Made by a program: the position numbers and the translations under genes. Below are positions 54,887 through 64,000 of a stretch of DNA of 64,000 bases, one piece after another. This DNA comes from Lama guanicoe (taxonomy: Eukaryota), in NCBI GenBank assembly GCA_013239625.1, contig MU054026.1, forward strand, positions 186,001 through 250,000, in the 5' to 3' direction. The notes beneath the pieces are model-generated. The model did no database searches. It had not been told where the DNA came from and saw nothing but the letters and a program-made list of their open reading frames with translations. Position 1 is the first letter of the stretch. Each line of letters begins with the position of its first letter.

Positions 54887-55007
54887 GGAGAAGAATAACA
54901 TTTATTTAATGGATGCTGAGCAAAAGGTATTCACATTTCATGCTTCAGAGCTTAAGCTGATCCTAGATCAGGAGGGAACTTTTCCAGTCTCCAAATTCTA
55001 CAGCTGG
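54887..55007 (+). other. Candidate spliced exon (121 nt), lncRNA or 5'UTR type
   Basis: Acceptor ttgtgttttctgccag| and donor TGG|gtaagt in non-repetitive sequence; no partner exons identified. Confidence 0.4.
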
Positions 55008-56675
55008 GTAAGTGCTTAGTGCTAACAAACCTTCCGTCCCATCCGGGCGTGGTCTGAGGTCACCATCTCAGGAGTGCCCACACACACCCTCAGCTCCTGA
55101 ATTGTTCACAAGCCATGTTTTATATTCCTGTCTCCCCAGGCTCCCCTAGAAACTTAAACCTAGTGGTGCTTCTCACAAATGGCTCTGCTTCATGGAATTC
55201 CATTTCTGCCTCATCAGCCTCCCAGACCCTTCAAGAGAATCCTCTACTGTGTTAGAGCAGCAGTACATGAGTGCGTCCTCGTTCAGCACCAGGGACAGCA
55301 GAAAACCGTGCCGACCTAGCGAGCCTGGGGCAGGGGAAGGAAGACAGCTTTCAAGCTAGAAGGATTGATCCAGGTTCGACTCACCTTTCCACCCTAAGTA
55401 GTTCAATAATCACAAATTGCTTTATCTCATGAACAGTTTCCTCATTTATAAAAAGAGAATAATAACTTTTAACCCCGCTTCACTGTTGTGGGGACCAAGT
55501 GAAATAAGAGGTCAGGTGTGAAGTCCGCAGAGGACAAAACTTAGTTCACGTGTCCCTTCTCTCAGGAGATGGCCATCTAGTCCTGTTCTAACACAAGCGT
55601 GCTGAGTAACTCCTTGCAAGTCAAATTCTCTGTGAGTTCATCTTCAAAAATGAGAACAAGAAAAACCTCTATCCTGCCTTCCCTGCAAGATTATTATAAG
55701 GATTAAATGAAATATTCATTAAAACAGAAGATTTTACAATGCAAAAAAAAAAAAAGAAGAAGAAGAAGGATTCCCAAGAAATAAGGTGCAATGTTATGCT
55801 GATGCAACTCTTTCAATGCTGGAAATTGTGTTTTTTAAACTATTAGCCACAATTAACTAGACTCATCTGAAAATACAATGATACCTTTAATCACATATAG
55901 ATATAAGCCACAATGATGTGATGATGGGAAAGCTGACTAATCTTGTGTATTAAGAATAGGTTTGCGCTCAGAACTGGGATAGAAAACTCCTAGTGGATTG
56001 GTCTATAAGTAAAGTGAATAAGTACTTGGAAATGTGTGTTATAATCAGGCGAAAGCCTTGCATGTAAACATGTGAAGCATATAACAGATGCTCACTAAAT
56101 GTCAAGTTTCTACTGTTCATGATGTGGCAATCATCCTTGACCCTCCTCCTCACCCCCATTGCTGGCAGCTAGGCCCCCTCTACCTGTACATGCTGCCCCA
56201 CCCCCATTCCCAGGGCCTTCTGGACTTGAGAAAGATAATAACCAAGCATTTCCAGTTGCACACTCAATTCTTGCTGCTAGTCTTCCTTGGGCGTAAGTTC
56301 CCAGTCTCCTAGCTCGGGTTCTGCTCCATGTCTTTAATTCTAGTAAAGGGATTCCTCTCCTCTCTATGCCCCTAACTTATTGCTCGGTCTCTCTATAGAG
56401 GGCCTCTTTCATTCCTCAGTCCATGTAACCACTGACAATTTCAAAGAATGCAAGACAAGGATCCACCTCCCAGGAGAGAATAAATCATCACTTAGGACCC
56501 AGCTGCAAATTCATAGACAGTACAGACTAACTAGCCTGGCCTAAGTCATGTGGCAGGTCATGGCTGACCAAAATTTGGGGAACAGCAGGACATTGTGAGC
56601 TGGATTCTCTGAAGGTATCCACCACACATGGTGGGATGGTCCAAAGCATTGGCCTCTACTCCTGTTCTAGCCCCT

Positions 56676-57308
56676 ATTCTTTTTTATAGACAACAGAAAT
56701 TTATTGCTTACAATTCTGGATTGTTCCAGCTTAACCAACACACTTTGAACTAATACATGGTTCAAAAGGAAGTTTCGAAGGAAATGTTTTGTTTTGTTTT
56801 GTTTTGTTTAGCAGCAGCTCATTAATTTGGACTTTTTTTCTCCTTTTTCAGTTTTATTAGGTAGAATTGTTACAGTTATAATGCACTTTTTTGTTTACAT
56901 ATATGTACATATATTATTATTTCTAAAGCTTTTTAAGCTTACGTAGTTATCAAAGGAATAAAGCTAACTACAAAGTAAGAATCAACAGAATGCAGTAATC
57001 CAATCATAAAGGACAGTCAGATGTGTTTACACATACTCAAGAAATCAAAACAATAATTAGTTCATTTGTGTCCTTATTATTATTGTTATTATTTTTTAGA
57101 TTCCTCATATAAATGATGTCATATGGCATTTTCTTTCTCTTTCCAGCCCACTTCACTTAGAATGACAGTCTTCAGGTCCATCCATATTGCTGCAAATGGC
57201 ACTGGTTTGTTCTTTTTTATGGCTGAGTTGTATTCTATTGTATATATGTACCACATCTTCTTTATCCAGTCATCTAATGATGGACATTTGGGTCGTTTTC
57301 ACATCTTG
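56676..57308 (-). mobile_element. L1 ORF2 end plus non-canonical tail (copy 2) plus probable 3' transduction
   Basis: L1 at about 57057-57308; tail at 56833-57056 homologous to 20576-20867; extra segment 56676-56832 with its own AATAAA (56700-56705, minus strand); TSD tgttctagcccct (56663-56675) / tgctctagcccct (57309-57321). Confidence 0.85.
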
Positions 57309-57504
57309 TGCTCTAGCCCCTTTAGGTGATACCTTCCACTGAGCCCTCCAAGCCTGCAAGACATTGTCAGGCAATGTCAGTGGCATGGCCCCTTCCCGTG
57401 GCTTTGCAGGCCATGGAAGACAATTGTACACAGTGTTTGCCACTGGGTTCGATCTGTCTGCCTACCCTGAGCAACGCCGCTACTTCTGCCATGACTCTCC
57501 ACCT

Positions 57505-57518
57505 CCACTAGGAGGCGC
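57505..57518 (+). promoter_or_regulatory. Candidate CTCF motif
   Basis: ccactaggaggcgc, one mismatch to the CCASYAGRKGGCRS core; motif match only. Confidence 0.35.
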
Positions 57519-60500
57519 TGCCCCTCTGTTGAGTCCCTCCAAAGCCATTAGGCACCCAGGCAGCTTCAGCCGGTGGGTTCCATCACTCCTACTACAGCGT
57601 CCACCTGTGCTGTGCACTGTGGCCGTGTCTAAGAAATGCCTTCCGCAAGACACTGCTGTTGCTCAGAGCTCACTGTCCCCTCAGCTGCCCTTCTAGGGCC
57701 TACACTTCCCAGCAAGGACCTTCACTGGCACGCGGACTATTTAAAGAGCCACAGCACTTGAGGGAGACGTGGAGAAGGGGACTAGAAAGGGAAAGAAGAC
57801 TTCTAGACTTCCATCACCTTCCTGTGTCAAAGTCTGTCAGTGATGTTTTAAATTCAGACTGCTTATGCCCTCTGTGTTACAGAGATTTACAGGGAAACTA
57901 TTTTTTCTGTCATTTATTTGTGAACTTCAGCTTCACTGCAAACACAAGGCTTTGCCAGTGGTGGAAGACCCTCATGCCTGGTTCCTTTCTTCCTTAATAC
58001 GGGTTTTCTCTCTTAGGAAACCACTTAGCTTTCATGAAATTCCTTCTGGCAGAGCCTCAAATCCCATCTTTTCATAGACATAAACATAGGCATGCTGGAA
58101 TCTCATCTTGAATGGGAATCTTGAAACAATCAGAATTAAAACAAAGTAACTGTGGACTACTTGTGGAATTGAACTAAAAAAGATTTTCCTTACCAACCAC
58201 AAGATTATCAGAATTTCCGCCCTTGATAAATCTCATTATCCAGTCAATTAGAATTTGGTTTTTATCAAGGGAAGGCTCTTACAAAGAGGAAGTTGTCCCC
58301 AAACAACTTTGTTTTCTTTCTATTATTTTTTTTTTGTATTTAAATTGTATTATAATAGATCTGCCAGACACTGAAGTCATTGGAAGCTGGTTATGAAAAG
58401 CTGGTTCCCTGATAGTTTCCAAGGCAAGGGAAGATGCTGGTGGTCGGGTGAGGCTCGAGCAAGGAAGGAAGGAGAGATCAGCTGACGTTGGAGAGCCACA
58501 GCGAAACTCTGTAAAATGTCCTGAGTGCCTTCTCTCTGAGTCCCCCGGAAGAACTGACAGTTGCCTGGCCTTTACAAAATGAAATTGACATTTGCAGGCT
58601 TAGGTTGAACAGAAGCTGAGAAGGGAGGGGTGAGGGATGCTGCAGGCAAAGCCAGAGTCCAGTGCCCTGGATCCAGGGCAGCAAGCCCATGATTCTGCTA
58701 TGAGTGATGCGTCAATATCCAGTAGCTCCAAATCAAAAGCTGAAGCCTCCTTGAGTCAGCAGAGCTGAAGCCTCCTTCAGGGGATAAGAACACAGCTCCG
58801 GCCCTTCTGACAGACCTACAGTTGCCAGTAGGCTTTAATCTAAGGAAACCACAGGCAAAGCAAACTTGGCATATAACTCTTCCTACATTAATTAGCACCC
58901 TTAAGATTAAAGGGGAGAAAAATAATAATACTCTTGGGAGAGCAGCCAGAGCTCAAACTCAACTCATTTGGATTCAGCACACAAAGATTCTAGGGAGGGG
59001 GCGACGGGGCGGAGGACAGAGCACAGGCTGGGGCAGAAGAGATTGTTTTCAGGTCAACTGAACAGTGGCTCTCAGAAGCCGGCCATTGTTTGAATTGTGT
59101 TTCATGATATTGATTCCAAATCATCGTTAGCAGTTCTTTACCCCTTCGGTCTGGCTCTGCCTGTCCTACTGGAGACAGGATGTGATGTGCCCCAGGGCTG
59201 TGCTGAACGTGTTCTTTTCTTAGAAGCCATGAGCCTGTTTGGGGAGACAAAGTCGAATGTGGTTTTAAAATGTATTAATGTGCAGTTAAGGGAAGTTAGC
59301 TAAATATTTTTATTTCCACTGACTAGAAATCAAAAACAAATCAGTGACTAAAAAAAAAATTTACAGAATCTGTGTCCTGTTTATTACTTATGTGGTGTTA
59401 AAGATGGATAAAACAAATTGTTTTTTAAAAATGAACTGAGGATACACATCAAATTCACCATAGTGATTCCCTGTGGTGAGGACAGAACTGAAAATGGGGG
59501 GCAAAGAAGACAGTAGGCTTTAACTTACCATCCTAGTTTTCTTTTTGAAAAGAAGAATTCAGATTAATAAGTTATTTGTTTAATTATTTGTTTTAAAACA
59601 TTAATGTAGTCTTCTGTATCTCTGGTAAATTCCCCGAATTAAGACGAGGACATGGCATTCGATGGTTATTGTTTCTCTCAGAAGATGACATTTTAGAAAT
59701 ATTCTCGGAGAAAAGATACTGGACCCCTAACTCTGAGATCATTATCTGAATGCTTCCTCAGTTCCAGTGTGGACACAGGTGTGAGGCTTTGTTCCTGAGT
59801 CAGCCAGAGAGGCAGCGGGAGTCAGGCTCTTTGGAGGAAATCATTGCCACTTCCTCGTGTCCACCTCAGCCGAGAAGCCCATCAGCTTAAATCCATCCAT
59901 AGGGTTCTACCTCCTTTTATTTTTATATTTTTTTGTTTACCTTTACTGCACACACAGCACATTTTAAAACAGTGGTTTAAAATGCTTTTGAATGCTGTAC
60001 AAATACAAAAATAAAAATAATTTTAAGTTGTGTGTCATTCTCCAGCTACACAAGAATTTTTGCATCCACTATATTTTTTAATTATCATAATACTCTTTGG
60101 AAAATGCTAGGATTGGCACTATTTTACAAGTTTGCAAATGAGGAGGCTGAGATTAAGTAACTTTTTTCTGAATCATACCCAGAGTAGTTATGACCATAAC
60201 TAGAGTCAGGCCTTCCAACTGTTAGTCGTCCATCCATCTATTAATTCAACAAACATTTATTAAGGCTCCTAGTATGTAGCCTCTTAGAATTATTTTTCAG
60301 TTGTGCTGGTAATTGTGTTTCCCTGACTCTTTATTTTCTCACTAGAAGTTACCATCACAGACTATATTATTAATTCTTGTTCCATTTTACATGCCTGATT
60401 ATCACCTCATCTACTCAATAGATTATAACGTCCTTGGGTAGGTTCCATAGTTCCATGATTTAAACTCTTTTTCACATTCCACAGGGCTTGGCAGAGTTCT

Positions 60501-61004
60501 GGGTATATGGAGAGAATCTGTGTTGGTTGCTTAACCAATTTACTGGTGATTGCTCAGTAAGTATGAAGACCTAGAAGTTAAATATTGACCCACAGAGCTC
60601 TAGTTATAACGAGACAGAGCTACACCACATACACACCATCTGCCCTAGACACCGGGAGAAGATGGTAGAACCCAAGAGCTGGGCAGAAACTTCAGGCAAC
60701 ACTCAGTGCCTGTGTCATCCTAGGAACTCAGAGTTTCTCTATTTCATTCCCACTTAGAGTCTGTTATGTAACATTTCAAACATAATCAGACAAGATCAAA
60801 CCTTTTGGCTGGGAAAAAAAAAGTTAAAGAATTTAAGTTAAATTGTCATCCCTCAACTGGTTTTTATTGAGGTCTTATTCATGAACAATATTTTGTGTGA
60901 TATTATGAATCAACCAAGGAAAGAAAGCACTTGGTCATTCTCCTTTTCCTCAATGCGAATCACACTTTACAGTTTGTATGTGAGCTCATTTTAAACTTTA
61001 TAGT

Positions 61005-61250
61005 CCAGCGTGGCAGTTATATGCTTGAGCTCTGAGTCAGACAGTCTAAAATTAAATCCTGACTCTACTACTTTCCAGCTGTGTGACCTCGGGCAATTTG
61101 CTTAATCTCTCCAAGCCTCAATTTCCTCATTTGTGCGACAGTGATAATTGGGCTCTTGGGAAGATTAAAAGAGATAATTCGTGTAAACCACTTAGCACAG
61201 TGTCTGGCACGGAGCAAGCCCTCAGTAAATGTAAGCTATTCTTATTATCA
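61005..61250 (+). mobile_element. Near full-length MIR SINE
   Basis: gctctgagtcagacagtct...aaatcctgactctactactttccagctgtgtgacctcgggcaatttgcttaatctctccaagcctcaatttcctcatttg...ccacttagcacagtgtctggcac. Confidence 0.9.
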
Positions 61251-61532
61251 TCTCTACAACCACCCTGCGAGGTGGGTAAGATGTACATTATTCATACATT
61301 AAAGAGAGAACTAAGGCTGAGAGAAAGCCTGTGGGTTGCAAAGGGTGACTGCAGGCTTTCTCACTCCAGGCCCAGTGCTAACCCCATATCGCACTGTCCC
61401 TCCGAGGGTCGGGTGCAGGAAAGTACAATGTGTAAGACAGTTGAAGGGGAAGTGCCTGTCCTTGCTGCCTGAGCTCTCCTCTACTTTAATCAGCGTCCGA
61501 TCTGCTACTTACTGACAGCTGAACACATGCTT

Positions 61533-61586
61533 GGTATTATGAATTTTCCTCTAATTAAAGGTATTATGAATTTCCCTCTAATTAAA
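61533..61586. repeat. 27-bp tandem duplication
   Basis: ggtattatgaattttcctctaattaaa / ggtattatgaatttccctctaattaaa. Confidence 0.9.
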
Positions 61587-61791
61587 CTTATTTTCTTTAC
61601 TTTAAGTCAATTCTCTGTATTTCAATCTCACACAAAGATTTATTGTTAGGTTTTTGACAGCACATCATGCCTTCACGTTGAACTAAATAATACAAAACAC
61701 ATATTCAAGGGATAAACATGATTCATTGATGTGCCCAGAGAAGTTAGGAAAGAGATAAGATGTATCTCCAGCCCCACGTTGGCCCCTCACA

Positions 61792-62135
61792 CCTAGTTCT
61801 CACATGTTACTAAGCACCAGAATCATACAAATTGCTGGGCTCATCTTCTAGATTCTGATCCAGTAGGTCTAAGATGAATCCTGAGAATTGCATTTCTAAC
61901 AAATTCCCAGGTAATTCCGCTGGTACCACACTTTGAGTACTGCCCTATATCCATGTTCCCCAAACACAGTCCCCTGACAATCTATACCCAGTCATTGTAG
62001 AAAATTATCAAAACTCAGCTGCCTAAGTCCCACTCCAGACTTGCTGAATATGACTCTCCTTGGATGAGTCCTGGGAATCTGCATTGTCACAAGTTTCCCA
62101 GGTGAATTTTGAGCCTGTAAAAGTTTGGGAACCAA
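61792..62135. mobile_element. Two adjacent MER5-like hAT relics
   Basis: gattctgatccagtaggtct...gcatttctaacaaattcccaggt...ccacactttgag (to about 61945) and cctgggaatctgcattgtcacaagtttcccaggtgaatt...aagtttgggaacca. Confidence 0.75.
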
Positions 62136-63364
62136 CAAAATTAAATTCTGAGTTTTCCCATGACCTAAATCTTATTGTTGTATGCCCAAGACCTAACAGA
62201 GTGTTTGGCTTATAGTAGCTACTGAAAAAAAAAAAGTTTTTATTTACAGAAATTCCCCTTTGTGTGTCCTGTTCCACAGTCCCCTCCCTCCCCGATACCC
62301 ACTTCTGTCAAATAACAGCTCTGTTCTCTGAATTCTCACTTTAGTGCCACATCCATTCACTCAACATTTACAATGTATTGCCTTAACACAGCTTTTTATT
62401 TTATCATTTTAATTTCTTCCTCAAATGTTACTAAATTTGTATAAACCTCCCCCTTTTTTTAATGGGATTATAAACTCTTTTGAGGAGAGTGACCAGATCC
62501 CTTGCCTCGCTTCTCCCATCCATAGATTCTCAGTCCCAGTCAATACATTGTCATTTCACCCCAAAATAAAATACTTTGTTTTTAATTTTGTTTCATTGAA
62601 CTAGAAACTTGTGTTTTTATTTGTTCAATAGTTTTATCGAGCACTTACTCGGTACCAGACACTTAACAAGATATTAGGTGCTCTGTTAACATATATAAAC
62701 ATAATCAAGGAATGAATACTTAGCAAATATGAACCTTCTTTCATTTTCTGGCTCCCCATCACAACACACACACTTCTAGGGGGCTGAGAGTATTCACTAG
62801 AAGCTGGAAATGGGCAAAGCTCTGATAACAAAGTGATTTTTCAGGGAAGTTTAAGATGCTTATCTCAATAAATATCTATGCAATTCTCATCTCCACCTCA
62901 ACCCAGAGAAAGAAGAAAGCCACTCTCTTTGCCCCTCCAATCTGTTGACGGACACTGTCCTATTCCCGGCATTCAGTCCGAGCTTTATCACATCACACTA
63001 CGTTGTTTTTTTCGCTGTGTGGCAGGGAAACGCTCTAATCAGTTTCATGGAAGGGTCTTGCAGAATCAAGGAGCTGTAGGCAAACCTGGCTGGCAGCAGG
63101 ACTTAGACATTTACAGATGGGGAGCCGGCTGTGAGGGAGGAGAAAGCAATTTAAAGAGACGTTGTCAAGTGTGAGAGATCTAAATATTTCATCTTTAGTT
63201 TCGTAATTTGTAGTTTGAAAAGTACCTGATTAGAAGTATTTTCACAAATTTTTTTTAACAAGAAGTAAAGAATTTTTTAATCATAGAATTACCCCCCTAA
63301 TAATAAAGTCAGGGAACGCTGCAGGGCAAATAGTAACTATCTTCAAATAAATATGGGGGGTTTT

Positions 63365-63398
63365 TTGTTTGTTAGTTTGTTTGTTTGTTTGTTTGTTT
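63365..63398. repeat. (GTTT)n microsatellite
   Basis: Directly visible. Confidence 0.9.
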
Positions 63399-64000
63399 GC
63401 TGGAAGAGGCCTTAAAGATCAGCATCACGTATGATGAAATTGAGGCAACATTTGGTTCCCTGCTTAGGTGAAATGTCAATGTCAGGGACTCTTAGCAACC
63501 TTAAAGGGACAGTACACAACTAAGAAATCCTGGGCAAAACCGTGATCCAGGGTGGCACAGCCAGCCCGCAGATTTGCAGCCATGACTCCTCCTACCCCCT
63601 CTGACTACCTTCTGGGAGAGACTTTCCCCAGGTTCTAACCAACTCAGAAAAAAAAAAAGCGGTATATCTTCATAATGGATTTCAATTAGATATAAAAACC
63701 CCATCTCCCATGAAAACTTGGCTCCAGGGAACCTCTCCTTCCACATCCTCCTATTTTTCTTTTAAAGGCAGGAATGATGGCAAAGCCACGTGGGTACTTC
63801 AGCAGATGCCTGTCATGTGCAATTTATGAGAACTGAAAAAGGTAACTTTGTGCCTTGAAATCTCTTTGTCATTTGCCTATAGTGGAATCTAAAGTTCTCA
63901 CCACTGGAAAACATTGTTCCAAAGCCACTGAAGTTAAAAGCATTTTATCTTTGGAAAATTCCAGTCTCATGCTGCTGGTTCTGGGAAGGCTAACAGATCA

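Overview
This is mammalian, repeat-rich, apparently non-coding genomic DNA (intergenic or inside a very large intron). It is most likely camelid, inferred from a tRNA-Ala-derived vic-1-type SINE, young cetartiodactyl-type L1 3' ends, and no obvious ruminant BovB/Bov-A or pig PRE-1 copies. No protein-coding gene could be supported; the listed ORFs look like chance or low-complexity frames. The window holds L1 fragments of several ages, MIR and L2 relics, hAT-type MER elements, MaLR and ERV1 solo LTRs and microsatellites, plus one candidate spliced exon (54887-55007). The most notable observation is an L1 lineage whose normal 3'UTR is replaced, just after the ORF2 stop, by an unrelated ~290-bp tail found in three dispersed copies; one copy also carries a 3' transduction. 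Other oddities are a polyadenylated LTR fragment that looks L1-retroposed and a near-perfect 55-bp fold-back with an 8-bp direct repeat around one arm. Repeat family names come from visual recognition, not a database search, and most repeat boundaries are approximate.
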